IMG/VR virus record: IMGVR_UViG_3300037258_001099
Span: 1 to 64,000 of that record
Source: a virus
Direction: 5' to 3' (one strand)
DNA length: 64,000 bases
Position 1 is the first letter of the stretch. Each line of letters starts with the position of its first letter. Position numbers and translations under genes: made by a program. Positions 1 through 10,000 of this stretch are shown here, one piece after another. The notes beneath the pieces were generated by a model. The model was given only the letters and a program-made list of their open reading frames with translations. It did no database searches and was not told the DNA's origin.

Positions 1-8
1 AATAGGCG

Positions 9-212
9 CTACACTGCTGGTAATTCTTCTTCATCCAAGCAGTTAGTAAAACCAGTTGCCTGTTTGATCTCAGCTATTCGATCTTGAGAAAGGTTCTCCA
101 CTTTCAATGTTATAATGTCATGGGTGATATCTCCATGCATATCATGCTTCTTGAACCATTCAACAGCTTCTTTTGCATGTATATGGCTTCTGTAATACAA
201 TAAGTATGACAT
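9..212 (-). CDS. hypothetical protein (start probably ATG 212, MSYLLYY)
   Basis: ORF 9..251 in the track; a GAAAGG SD precedes the internal ATG. Confidence 0.6.
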   Translation of the reverse strand: MSYLLYYRSHIHAKEAVEWFKKHDMHGDITHDIITLKVENLSQDRIAEIKQATGFTNCLDEEELPAV

Positions 213-267
213 GTAATTTACCTTTCTGCCTTTCAAAATGTGTTGAAACATGTTGATTTCTGCACTT

Positions 268-526
268 CAGCGTGAATGAGCCTCAGTGGCTCTACTACCC
301 ACACATCGCTGCAATACATCGCACTCTTTTCGAGTGTATGACCCTAGCCGGGCAAGTTACCGCTCTCTGGTTCCAATAGAGAGCAAAAGATCGGAGGTGA
401 ATACTCCGATTGCCGCATTTACGCTGGCACCATCCGTGATCCACTCTTTTGGTCGATTATTTCACGCCAAAGAATTGAAGGTTGCACGGTCAGCCTACTA
501 GTCGTGGTCGAGCTACTTCACGCTGG
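268..526. ncRNA. candidate large structured non-coding RNA
   Basis: 350-bp intergenic gap closed by CAGCGTGAA(268-276)/TTCACGCTG(517-525) and GTGGCTC/GAGCTAC, with internal hairpins GCTCTCT/AGAGAGC, ATCGGAG/CTCCGAT and CACTC/GAGTG. Confidence 0.5.
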
Positions 527-602
527 ATTCCCGTTGAACCCAAAAGATTTGTCCTACAAATGTCTTCAAAACGCATACGTTTCAATACTTTTGAATACAA
601 TT

Positions 603-968
603 TCAATTACTGCTAATCTCTCCTTGACGGCAAGATGGGCATGAGCCAATGCCAAATTTGACACGAAACTCTGCAATTCCCTCTAGAAGCTTGTCTATCG
701 CTTCTCCGTCTTCAGGTCCCAGTGCCATAATGCAGTCTTCAGCAAGATGGTGGATATCCCACTGAAAGTTGCTGTACTTTTCATCACCGCGAGCCCTGCG
801 ATCACCAAGTTCACCCAAAATCTGAGCGGAGCTCAGTGTTAATTCATCAATAGTCACTCCCATCTCTCTTGACTCTGGGCTATAATCGTTCCTGTCTCGA
901 TGCTTTAGAATGGCACCCAAAGCCTCCCGTAGCTGATTGGTTGAGATTGCTGTAATGTCTGTAGCCAT
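603..968 (-). CDS. hypothetical protein with C-terminal CxxC
   Basis: ORF with AGAAAGGAAAC SD and an upstream sigma70-like promoter. Confidence 0.75.
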   Translation of the reverse strand: MATDITAISTNQLREALGAILKHRDRNDYSPESREMGVTIDELTLSSAQILGELGDRRARGDEKYSNFQWDIHHLAEDCIMALGPEDGEAIDKLLEGIAEFRVKFGIGSCPSCRQGEISSN

Positions 969-1020
969 ACCTGTTTCCTTTCTTTCAAAAATGGAATACT
1001 AATCTAACTTCAGCTTACTA

Positions 1021-1050
1021 ATGATACATCACAAAAGCTGGAGGTGTCAA
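1021..1050 (-). promoter_or_regulatory. sigma70-type promoter TTGACA-18-TATCAT
   Basis: reverse complement of atgata...tgtcaa, upstream of 603..968. Confidence 0.55.
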
Positions 1051-1069
1051 TGAGGGCAGAGAAAGGAAA

Positions 1070-1126
1070 GGCCAGCAGGACATGGATGTGGTTAATGTGG
1101 TTAATGTGGTTAATTTGATGCTGGCC
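1070..1126. repeat. stem GGCCAGCA/TGCTGGCC enclosing three tandem ATGTGGTTA; probable terminator of the minus-strand operon
   Basis: direct reading; 9-bp units start at 1086, 1095 and 1104. Confidence 0.7.
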
Positions 1127-1152
1127 GAATCTATCGTAGCAACGCTGTCAAA

Positions 1153-1527
1153 TTAATAGATCCTGGAGAGGATGGCGAAGAGTTTGTCGGCATCCATAAT
1201 TGCGAGCGTCTTGCGTGTCCCTTTGGGTTTTACTAACAGCAGGCCAAAGTCCATCTTCTTTGCTTTGGCCTGTGCTTCTACCTGATCAAACCAGGAGAGG
1301 TGAATAGAGATAGATTTATCACCACATTTGAGGATAGTTGCCGTGCGTAGCTTGCACTCCCCGATGATCTTTTCGGCGATGATGAGGTCCCCTGGAAAGT
1401 CCTTGTGCGCTCCTGAGAGCATCTGGCGCTCAGTTGGTAGCCCTGCCTTGCGTGCCTTATCACGAGCGCTATACTCAAATCTTGTTCCGGTTTTTTGATT
1501 GGGATTGCCTTCTCGCTTAGGAGACAT
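1153..1527 (-). CDS. Hjc-like Holliday junction resolvase / PD-(D/E)XK nuclease
   Basis: GTRFE...LSGA...GDLII...ECK motif pattern. Confidence 0.7.
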   Translation of the reverse strand: MSPKREGNPNQKTGTRFEYSARDKARKAGLPTERQMLSGAHKDFPGDLIIAEKIIGECKLRTATILKCGDKSISIHLSWFDQVEAQAKAKKMDFGLLLVKPKGTRKTLAIMDADKLFAILSRIY

Positions 1528-1592
1528 CTGGTGGCCTCACCTTCTCTAGGATGCGGATAAATTGGCTGATAGTGATCGTTGGTGACTCACTA

Positions 1593-1814
1593 TCATCTAC
1601 AAAACCGACAGCTTGCTCTATCCAGAATGGCTCGGGGTACTTCCATGAACCAACGACCAGATAATGCTTTTACAGGCTGCTCTAGGAGCTCACTAAAGCA
1701 CTGCGCCAGTGGACAGCTATAGGGAGAATTAATCACCCCAGCAGCAGCACTTGGATCTTTAGAGAGCGCCCAAGTATGAGCTATCTCCCACTTGAAGAGA
1801 TCGTATACTTGCAT
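1593..1814 (-). CDS. short member of the paralogous 'G-x(6-7)-CP(L/I)A' small-protein family
   Basis: WALSKDP...GVINSPYSCPLAQCF, similar to 19136..19486 and the 3.3-4.8 kb genes. Confidence 0.6.
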   Translation of the reverse strand: MQVYDLFKWEIAHTWALSKDPSAAAGVINSPYSCPLAQCFSELLEQPVKALSGRWFMEVPRAILDRASCRFCR

Positions 1815-1817
1815 GGT

Positions 1818-2030
1818 CTACCCCCTCTTGATCCCATCGACCATTTCCTGGCACACATCACAGCGATACTTGATGCCAGATCTGCCTGTGACAAGCACGA
1901 TATGGCAGGGGCAGAGCGGTACACTACAGAGATGACAATTATCGTAGCGCTCTTCGGCGCAAAACTCGCAGAACTGTTTGTGCTCGGCTTCCCTTGCCAC
2001 TTGTTCAACTTCCGCCATAATGTCAAGCAC
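1818..2030 (-). CDS. small Cys-rich zinc-finger protein
   Basis: CEFC, CHLC, CPCH and CDVC motifs; abuts its neighbours. Confidence 0.65.
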   Translation of the reverse strand: MLDIMAEVEQVAREAEHKQFCEFCAEERYDNCHLCSVPLCPCHIVLVTGRSGIKYRCDVCQEMVDGIKRG

Positions 2031-2236
2031 TATTTTTTTTCTCCACTTTCTGTTTTATCGTAAGCAAGAACGAGAGTTCGTTTTTCTTCAAAGAGGCTTT
2101 CCTGAATACAGATTTCCCCACGAAAACTACGAGTTCTCCCGCATTCACAACGAACTTGCTTTTGTCCTTCTTTTCCAAATTTGCCTGGCATATAGCGCTG
2201 CGTTACTATTGTTCGACATAGTGGGCAGATAGCCAT
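2030..2236 (-). CDS. small zinc-ribbon protein
   Basis: CPLC...CECG; GGAGG SD. Confidence 0.65.
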   Translation of the reverse strand: MAICPLCRTIVTQRYMPGKFGKEGQKQVRCECGRTRSFRGEICIQESLFEEKRTLVLAYDKTESGEKK

Positions 2237-2570
2237 TGCAGGCCTCCTCTCCGCTAAGAGGGGATCTAGTCCCCTCTTCTCATTCTAACATACTGTCATT
2301 AGCCTTTGATACGATTCAGGGGTATTGAAGGCATAGCTGTTAGGTTGTGTAGCCTGGACTATACGCCCCTGGTCAAATCCTGAGAGGTAGCTTGGTGTGT
2401 AGAAACAAAGTTCTATATCTTCACCATGCTCTTCTGTGACACTTACATCACTTGCTGATATTTTAATCATCTCTAGTAAGAGAGATTCTCGGCGTTCTAC
2501 TGTGAGCTCCCACTCTTCTGAGTTGCTATCAAAGAAGAGGGAATGTTGATAAGCATGATTGCGGTTTATG

Positions 2571-2822
2571 TTATTTGCCACGAGCTTGCCTTTCTTTTCT
2601 TTGCTGAAGCACCCAGGCATTTCTTCGCTGAATTGCTGTCTTGTACATGTTTGCCTCTTCTATCACCTCTTTAGCAGTCATTATGCGCTCTGGACAACTA
2701 TTGTCACTAGAGGTAATATAATTTCCGTTTCCATCAGTATGGATTTCAACTCTGTACAACAGTGTTCTAATGTGCTCTTCTGAGTTTAGAAAGAGAAGAG
2801 CTTGTTCGAGTTCTTCGTTCAC
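2571..2822 (-). CDS. hypothetical protein
   Basis: ORF in a tightly packed minus-strand operon. Confidence 0.55.
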   Translation of the reverse strand: MNEELEQALLFLNSEEHIRTLLYRVEIHTDGNGNYITSSDNSCPERIMTAKEVIEEANMYKTAIQRRNAWVLQQRKERQARGK

Positions 2823-2823
2823 T

Positions 2824-3276
2824 TTATTCTCCCATCACAAGGTCACTTAGTTGCGAATACAACTCTTGCCCGAGGATCTTGGTGATCTTGGTGTAGTAGT
2901 CCTTGCAGGCCTCATACCAATTTCGCTGAAACTCCTGACCGTGTTCGTATCCCTCCTCGTCCTCAAACAAGTAGTCGTAGTCATACTCCTGATGCCATCG
3001 CTCGTATGACTCCAGGCATCCTCCATGCTCAGCTTCCTCTACAGCGAACCAGAGAGCCTCTGAAAGGTTCTGTCCCCAGACACCTACCCCAGAGTAGGTG
3101 TATAGCCACTCATAGCCCTCTACGCCCTCCCTAGTAAGCTTAGTTTCATAAGAATGGCCTCCCCAGACTTTAGAGATGTTGGTGCATCTGCGGGGCACGG
3201 TCGCAATGCCGTGCTCTCCAATACAGATGCCATGTGTGTCTATAAATTCCTCAATTTTGTCTTTCGTTGCTATCAT
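2824..3276 (-). CDS. hypothetical acidic protein (start MIATKDK)
   Basis: AGAAAGGAAAACACCC SD directly before ATG 3276. Confidence 0.7.
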   Translation of the reverse strand: MIATKDKIEEFIDTHGICIGEHGIATVPRRCTNISKVWGGHSYETKLTREGVEGYEWLYTYSGVGVWGQNLSEALWFAVEEAEHGGCLESYERWHQEYDYDYLFEDEEGYEHGQEFQRNWYEACKDYYTKITKILGQELYSQLSDLVMGE

Positions 3277-3290
3277 GGGTGTTTTCCTTT

Positions 3291-3611
3291 CTAACTCTTG
3301 AACATCTGGAAACCCTGAGACGGGCCATTTAAGCTCCCTTTGCTGCCCAGATCCGCTACTGGATCGAGTCCTCGGACGAACCTTGTGGACCAAAGTGCCA
3401 TTGGTCGCTGATTCTTAGACCAGCTATCTCCACTACAGAGTCTGATTCTGTCTCCTGTGGCAGTTACTTGCATTTGGTGCTGCTCCAGATAGAATCTGGT
3501 AATTGGGCACCTTAGTGAGCTCATAGGCACTCCAACATCTTCATTCATGTGTTTCAAAAGAAAAGCTCGAAGCTCTTCCTCTTTGAGCTCTGGTAAATCT
3601 AACTGTTCCAT
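3291..3611 (-). CDS. paralog family protein (PELKEEELR...G..CPI..FY...W...FV.G.D)
   Basis: clear similarity to the adjacent genes. Confidence 0.75.
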   Translation of the reverse strand: MEQLDLPELKEEELRAFLLKHMNEDVGVPMSSLRCPITRFYLEQHQMQVTATGDRIRLCSGDSWSKNQRPMALWSTRFVRGLDPVADLGSKGSLNGPSQGFQMFKS

Positions 3612-3940
3612 ATTTCCTCTCTCGCTTTTGCCAATGCAACGGACCTTTCAAGAATGACAAGTGCTTCATTTCCGGTGACGTATTGGTCGGGATACTCTCT
3701 ATCTATGCCCGAAACAAAGCTTGCAGACCAGGGAGCGTGATCCACTCCTCTCGTTTGCTTCTGCTGGCGGATCATGAAGCTGTCAACGGCCACATCTATT
3801 CCATGCCTGTCTTTGTAAAACCAGGCAATGGGACAGTAGTAGCTCAATCCAGTTGTGCCAACATAGGTATCTCCATGCTCCTGGAAGTATGCACGGAGCT
3901 CTTCCTCTTTGAGCTCTGGCAAGGTTATTGTCTGTTCCAT
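3599..3940 (-). CDS. paralog family protein
   Basis: PELKEEELRAYF...GTTGLSYYCPIAWFY...WSASFVSGID. Confidence 0.8.
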   Translation of the reverse strand: MEQTITLPELKEEELRAYFQEHGDTYVGTTGLSYYCPIAWFYKDRHGIDVAVDSFMIRQQKQTRGVDHAPWSASFVSGIDREYPDQYVTGNEALVILERSVALAKAREEIWNS

Positions 3941-4263
3941 TCTGCTTCCTTCCTGTTTGCTGACTCAACAGCCTGATTGAGAATACTCTTTGCCTGATGA
4001 CCTGTAATAAAGCGATTGTCGTAGGCTTTATCTGCCATTCGCACAAATGCAGTGGCCCACAAGGGTAGCTCCTGATTACATCCAGGTAATGAGAAAAACC
4101 AGATAGAGAGGCCATTTACAACAACGTCTAACTCATGCTTTACTGCGTAGTACTGAGCAATGGGACAGCTACACTGGCTTCCTGTGAGACCAGCATCGCA
4201 GTCTCCTAGCTCCTCAAAGTAGTCTCGTAGATCCTCTTCTGTAAGCTCTGGTGTTGCAATCAT
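3925..4263 (-). CDS. paralog family protein
   Basis: PELTEEDLRDYF...GLTGSQCSCPIAQYY...WATAFVRMAD. Confidence 0.8.
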   Translation of the reverse strand: MIATPELTEEDLRDYFEELGDCDAGLTGSQCSCPIAQYYAVKHELDVVVNGLSIWFFSLPGCNQELPLWATAFVRMADKAYDNRFITGHQAKSILNQAVESANRKEAEWNRQ

Positions 4264-4463
4264 GCTTGTCCTTCCTCCCGAGCATATTCTTCATACTTTG
4301 TACCCTTGCTCCACCCTGGATAGATGGTGTTGAGCAAGTCTATACATAGCTCTAGCTGGCCCATACCTTTGATTATGTCAGGGTCCTCTGGCTCTACATA
4401 AGCGACAGGCCACACTTCTATTAATTTCATCATGAGCAAGGCCTTGATCTCGTTCTTTTCCAT
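4260..4463 (-). CDS. hypothetical protein
   Basis: start and stop coupled to both neighbours. Confidence 0.65.
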   Translation of the reverse strand: MEKNEIKALLMMKLIEVWPVAYVEPEDPDIIKGMGQLELCIDLLNTIYPGWSKGTKYEEYAREEGQA

Positions 4464-4775
4464 TTAGTCCTCCCTCGCTAATACTTCGTCCAAGACTTCA
4501 AGTGCCTCAGAGCCGTAAACACACTCAGGTTTCTCATAAGTGCCGTCATCGATCCCTGTGATAAAGCGGCGCTCCCATAGCTCAAGGTTGCGAGCTGTTT
4601 CTGGTGAGTGCCGTATGTGAAGCTTTTCATTACCCACAATGACATCAAGATTGTGTCTTGCCCAGAAGTACACAGAGAGTGGACAATTTTCTGAGTCACA
4701 TGGGTTCCCAATATCATCGTCTTCTTTTTCCTGAAAGAACTTACGAAGATCCTGCGGGTCAACTTTGAGGTTCAT
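4464..4775 (-). CDS. paralog family protein
   Basis: DLRKFF...GNPCDSENCPLSVYF...WERRFITGID. Confidence 0.8.
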   Translation of the reverse strand: MNLKVDPQDLRKFFQEKEDDDIGNPCDSENCPLSVYFWARHNLDVIVGNEKLHIRHSPETARNLELWERRFITGIDDGTYEKPECVYGSEALEVLDEVLARED

Positions 4776-5068
4776 GCCCTTGCTCCTTTCTCTTTGGCTG
4801 CATCAATTGCAGCACCAATATAATCAAGCAGCTCTCCTGCTTGTGCCTCAGTGATAAGGCCAGCAACTCCTGCGCTGGTTACTGTTCCCAATAGGCAGGC
4901 TGGATAGAGAAAGTTCTGGACATACTGTTTCCTCTGCTCGTTCTCGATCCAACCTGTTGCCTGCTCGATAGTCAGACCTGACAGAACATTGGCCTGACTT
5001 CTAGTGATATCTGAGCGGATCTGGATACTGGTCTGCTCTATCGCTTCTTTGTGCGTAAAATCTGTCAT
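4772..5068 (-). CDS. hypothetical protein (start MTDFTHK)
   Basis: AGAAAGGAG SD before ATG 5068. Confidence 0.7.
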   Translation of the reverse strand: MTDFTHKEAIEQTSIQIRSDITRSQANVLSGLTIEQATGWIENEQRKQYVQNFLYPACLLGTVTSAGVAGLITEAQAGELLDYIGAAIDAAKEKGARA

Positions 5069-5099
5069 ACGTGTGATCTCCTTTCTACTCACTTGCCTG

Positions 5100-5115
5100 A
5101 TCGACTTTTCCTTAA
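5100..5115 (-). promoter_or_regulatory. class II copy of the conserved motif (ATCGACTTTTCCTTAA on +)
   Basis: same core recurs at 6983, 16291, 24083, degenerately at 10347, and in the 27.9-31.9 kb cluster; always upstream of a minus-strand gene. Confidence 0.7.
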
Positions 5116-5132
5116 ATCGTTCGGATATAAAT

Positions 5133-5176
5133 ATTGGTGGAATGATAATACATAGTCACACTATCATTCCACCAAT
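5133..5176. repeat. perfect 15-bp inverted repeat ATTGGTGGAATGATA-N14-TATCATTCCACCAAT
   Basis: direct reading; intergenic. Confidence 0.8.
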
Positions 5177-5196
5177 CTGAGTACAGTATATCACAT

Positions 5197-5718
5197 TTAC
5201 GAGGCTTTTTTTGCCTCCTCTCGACCTCTGTAGAGCGGGAAGAGTCGCCCTTTCTCCTCAAGACAGAGGAGCAGCCACCAGCGATCCTCCTCATCAAGGA
5301 GATCTTGGTAGAGGATAACCTCACCGTCTTCGGAGAGCTTACGTCCTTTCAGGGCACACCGTATCGCGGCATGCAAGATTTGTGGGTCGCAGCAGCTTAC
5401 TGGATAGAGTTCACCCTGGTAGGAGAACCAGGAGTGGATCGCTGTGTCCAGGCTAATCGGGACAGTATTGCTTCCCTTTAAGGCTTTCCCATTTCTGGAG
5501 CCAGCTTGGCGCATATTCTCTCGTGCTATTTCCTTTTGAAGACATCCACAACTGAGAACATAGCCTGCAACGAGGCTACTTCTTCTAGCTATTTTCTCTC
5601 TCTTGCATTCACAGCGACAGAGCCAGATCTGCCCCTGTCTTGGATCTTTCTTGTAGAGGCAGATGGCAGTAAGACGCCCGAACTGTCTATCTTTGATGCT
5701 TTCAACTGGAGCATTCAT
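5197..5718 (-). CDS. protein with the N-terminal Cys-rich domain of AP2/HNH homing endonucleases; no nuclease domain evident
   Basis: RQFGRLTA...WLCRCEC...LVAGYVLSCGC motif. Confidence 0.65.
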   Translation of the reverse strand: MNAPVESIKDRQFGRLTAICLYKKDPRQGQIWLCRCECKREKIARRSSLVAGYVLSCGCLQKEIARENMRQAGSRNGKALKGSNTVPISLDTAIHSWFSYQGELYPVSCCDPQILHAAIRCALKGRKLSEDGEVILYQDLLDEEDRWWLLLCLEEKGRLFPLYRGREEAKKAS

Positions 5719-5772
5719 GTATGAGTTTTCCTTTCTCGTTTTTATGTATTCTGTGACTATAAGAACGATCTA

Positions 5773-6252
5773 CTACTTTCTGCCTGGAATGTTGACAATT
5801 ACATATCCATCGGCGTCTCTACGAGTTTCAGGAATGGGACGGCCATTAGACCTCCACTCCTTGTGGTATGCCTCCACACGATTGATCTGTACCTCTTCTG
5901 AGGCTTTCCACTGGTGCTGCGACCAGGGAGGCTTACTGGTCCGGCCAAAGACCCTGTTTTTGGCTGCCTCACGCATATCTGCGATGTGTTGTGCGAGGGT
6001 GTAGCCAAGAGGCTGTATGGTCACTTCGCAATCATGGCCCAGAGTAGCGATCACACGGTCCTCAAAGCTGTCTGGCTCTTGCTCTTTGATGTAGGCTACA
6101 ATAGCAGCCTTGTGCTCTCTGATGACCTTCCTGGCCTTATCTGTGAGGTTTTTCTTGGGATCTCTAAGCGAGAGCTTATCATCATCACAGAGGTGGATGA
6201 TTATCCCTAGCTCATCACAACGCTTCAGGATGGACTGGGCGGTTATTGGCAC
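5773..6252 (-). CDS. TubC-N docking-domain-like protein, often found beside phage primases (start GTG 6252)
   Basis: SILKRCDELGI...KLSL...VIREHKAAIVAYI; AGAAAGGAGG SD. Confidence 0.6.
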   Translation of the reverse strand: MPITAQSILKRCDELGIIIHLCDDDKLSLRDPKKNLTDKARKVIREHKAAIVAYIKEQEPDSFEDRVIATLGHDCEVTIQPLGYTLAQHIADMREAAKNRVFGRTSKPPWSQHQWKASEEVQINRVEAYHKEWRSNGRPIPETRRDADGYVIVNIPGRK

Positions 6253-6310
6253 GAAGGCCTCCTTTCTGTTGAGGTGGGAGAACCAGATGTTGATTCTCCC
6301 TGATGACATG

Positions 6311-6889
6311 CTATCGATTGCGCTCAAAACGCGCCTGTCTGGCTGATCTGTATGCTTCGATGAGGCGAGGCGTCTTATGTATATCACCGTCATGCATACA
6401 TTCAGGGCATTCATCAGCAAGCCACCAGTTGATTCCTGTGCTTCGGCACTCTGGACATTGAAACCAAGCATACATATTATCGTGTTCTTTCCATCCACCG
6501 GATTTATTTGGGATCAAGGCATAGACGACCATGCCTTTAAAAAAAGTATCTGGTTGTATGCCTGTCCCTTCATTTCTGTTATACATACTTATAGGGGCAA
6601 AATCACTGCCCTCAAAGATGAATACACTTCTCATCGTTCCCTGGGCTAATCTTTCAGCTTTCTGAAACTCCTTACCTGTTCTGCTAATTTTCTCCCCTTT
6701 GATTTCTATCCATAGTTGTTGATCAGGTAGCCAGAAATCAGGGAGGTACTTCACCTCACCTAGAGAGTATCCTTCCTTTTCATACTCCCAGCGTATTTTC
6801 ATTGTGTCAAGAAAAACTGCGTGTCTTGCCTCGGTTCTGCTACGAAAACGACAATTATTGTAAATTGTCTCTATTGGATCAATGTCCAT
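6311..6889 (-). CDS. PD-(D/E)XK-family phage nuclease
   Basis: FRSRTEAR.AVFLD...WEYEKEGY...YLPDFWLP...WIEIKG. Confidence 0.75.
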   Translation of the reverse strand: MDIDPIETIYNNCRFRSRTEARHAVFLDTMKIRWEYEKEGYSLGEVKYLPDFWLPDQQLWIEIKGEKISRTGKEFQKAERLAQGTMRSVFIFEGSDFAPISMYNRNEGTGIQPDTFFKGMVVYALIPNKSGGWKEHDNMYAWFQCPECRSTGINWWLADECPECMHDGDIHKTPRLIEAYRSARQARFERNR

Positions 6890-6980
6890 CTTGTGTTTCC
6901 TTTCTTAGCTTATTGTTCTTCTAATGTTTCGATATACGTTCAACAAAACTACAAACAATAACCTAAAAAGAAAACCTCTT

Positions 6981-6996
6981 ATCGACTTTTCCTTAC
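6981..6996 (-). promoter_or_regulatory. class II conserved motif (ATCGACTTTTCCTTAC on +)
   Basis: intergenic, upstream of the gene starting at 6889. Confidence 0.6.
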
Positions 6997-7007
6997 GATT
7001 TTTTTTA

Positions 7008-10000
7008 TTAAATCCACTCTACCCACTGTGATGTATCTGTATTGTCCTTATTGTCTCCATTTACACCTAGTGCGCTGGAGGCACTCTTTTTGGCCTCCAG
7101 GAATAGCTTAGCCTGCTCTGGGAGCGGCTTTAAGGCACTTTTCTCACTTCCATTACTGGAGGCACTTTGATGCGCCTCCAGGTGCTTGCAGATCGGCTCT
7201 ACAGGCTGCTCCAAGTGGTCATTTATACCCCCTTCCTGGAGGCACTGGAGGCACTTCTCGGAAAGTGGTAGCTCATGGCCCTCGCGAGGGGTCATAAGGG
7301 GGTAGTTTACTGAAAGTGCCTCCAGTGCCTCCAGTTTACTCTTTTTTTGACCATCTAAGCTGGCTCTAGGAGCGGTCCTGCAAGCACCTGGAGGCACCCT
7401 GGAGGCACTTTTTGGATCACTGTCTAAATTACCATCTAAACTGGCTCCAGGAGCGTGTTCGTAATTCCTGGAGGCACCCTGGAGGCACTTTGATGTGCTT
7501 CCAGGATTCTGAGGAGGTGGAGTATTACCCGTGGCAAGCCCTATTCCAAGGTAAACATTCCCCGAATCTCTCTTAGCTTTTGTAAATCTTCTTCCAATTT
7601 TCTCGCCAAAAAGATTATTGTTCATGGGTGAGAGCCTATTATCGATACACCAATCTTTGTATGTATTATAGAGCTGTCTTGCCTTGGTGAACATATAATC
7701 TGCTTCGTAGCAGTTTTCCTCGATAAACTGCTGGAGTTGGTCCTCCGTCTTTCTGTATGCGGCAGTTGCCATGCGGACAGAGACAGGTTGCTTAAACCCC
7801 TGTTTTCTATAGTCCAGTGTGCCGCGCACAAGCCATGCCAGGATGCCACTCAGCTCATCCATGAGCCTCCTCTTGAGGCCTTCCTCCTTCACACGGTCAT
7901 GTGGACCTTGCACTTCATCTACGTCCAGGAAACGGATCTTGAACTCAATGAGGCATGCTCTGGACCAAAATGCATCATCATCAGCATCAGCATGAGGACG
8001 ATAATTTGTCATCAGCAGTAGTGTGTGGGTAGGGGAGAAAGAGTACTGCTTCCCGTAGTTCTGCCTGGCTGGTATGTCGCCGCCTCCAGTGAATTGCTTT
8101 ATTTGGGAGATGTTCATTTTGTCACCCTGCTTTGTTTCACTTCCCCATACAATTCTCTTTCCCTGTAAGTCACAGACATGGGGTGTTGCCGCTCCTGCTG
8201 TCTTTGCTGCCTTGTTGTCAATGAATAAATCATTGCTCACTGCCCCTGAAAGAGCCCCAAGTATGGCCTTGATGAGGGCCAGTAGCGTGTCTTTTCCGTT
8301 GCGTCCTTCTTTTCCAAAGAGTACAGGGAATATGGCTTCCTCGCTTAGTCCAGTAATGGCATATCCTAGTAGTCTCTGGAGAAAGCCAATGAGCTCTATT
8401 CGCTCGGCCTCATTCCGGTCATCAAAGATCTCGTGAAGAAATCTCTCAAATCTGGGGCAGGGCTCATTGATTCCTTTCCATTCTGTGGGAGCAACTGTGC
8501 GTATGTAGTCTTCTGGTCTTCCGTCTCGGAAATCTCCAGTGCGAAGGTCTACTATTCCATTGAGAACTGGGAGTGCCCACTTATCGTTGTCCCATACATT
8601 TCCAGTAACAACCATGCGAGGATCGGTTTGGACAAAGCCAAGCACTGACACATTCCGTTTTGCTCCGCGAAGAGCGTAGCATCTCTTTTTGAGTGTGTCC
8701 ATTTGCTCATTGAGCTTGGATTGCGTTTCTCTTAGTAACTCAATCTTACTTGATTCCTTTGGGAGCTTTGCGATATCTGACTCGATCTTTGCCCACTCTA
8801 CATTTGTTTCTGCTGCGGCTCTCATGTAAACAGCACCAAGGTGGCCGGACACTAGCTGGCGAACAAATCCAGTACTGTCAAGTTTCCAGTGGTGCTCATT
8901 CCACTGATACCACTCTTTGCTAGATGCATCATAGACAACATGTCCATGGAAAACTTCCGCAAACAGGAGAGCATCTCCCCATTCATTCTCTCCAAGTCTT
9001 TGGATAACTGTGCTAAGTGGTGGTTGTTGTAGCCCTTTAGTATTTTTGCTAGACTGAGAATAGAGAGAAGATCCGTAACTACTAAATTGCCATTCCTCTT
9101 TCTCGCTATGGCCGTTTGATCCATTGCTATGCGTAGTAGCAGTGGGTTCGTATTTTACAAGCTTTACTTCTGGGGCAGACCTTGGCTTTGCCATACCTGA
9201 TTCGATAGCCCCTCTCATTGTTTTAGCGATCTCTCGTTCCCCCAGGCCAATGCTTTGTGCTACTGCGCCAAGCTCTCTTTCGACGTACCCTCTATCTTTT
9301 AGCTCTCCCCCTCCGATAAGCTGACCTAGCGCAAATGCTGAGTTATTGAGTTGAGCGTTGCGACCTCCGCTTACAGCCATTGCTAAGTTCGAGCATTCAT
9401 CTTCTAGGGATCTCATTCCATAGGCTGTTCCATAGAAGCTTTCTGCGGATACCGGAGTAGGTGGCGTTTGTTGCTTCTTTGGCTCCCTAGCTGCGGAGCG
9501 AGCAGCCTTTATCTCCTGATAGAGTCCAAGAACTTCTTCGCTGCGCTCTTCAATGCTTTCTGTCATCCCATCTAGGTGGCGTCCTGTCCAGGTAGTGTAC
9601 CGACGATAATAGTACATTTCTATTTTTACGAGGCCTTTTGGGTCTGCCCCTATATTGCTAGGGAGATTGTCTCCATAGACGAGAATGTGGATTCCCTTCC
9701 CACTTACTGATATTTCAGTGTATGAGTTTATCCTTTGTATAATCTGAATAGCATAGTCTGAAATGTTGCCATTGTCGTCTATACAGTTGTCGAGGTCTAC
9801 AAGGATAATACGTTTTTCTACCGTGAGCTCATATCCAATTCCGGCATACCATTCTGGACGAGACTGCCATGCGTTGAATGCTTGCTGGTATGTTCCCCAG
9901 GTATTAGAGTCATTGGCTTCTGCCCCCTTTCCTGTTTTTGGATTAAAGGGGATTTTATCTGGTCTGAAGCAAACCCAGTTGGGGTCTTGCTGGAGTACCT

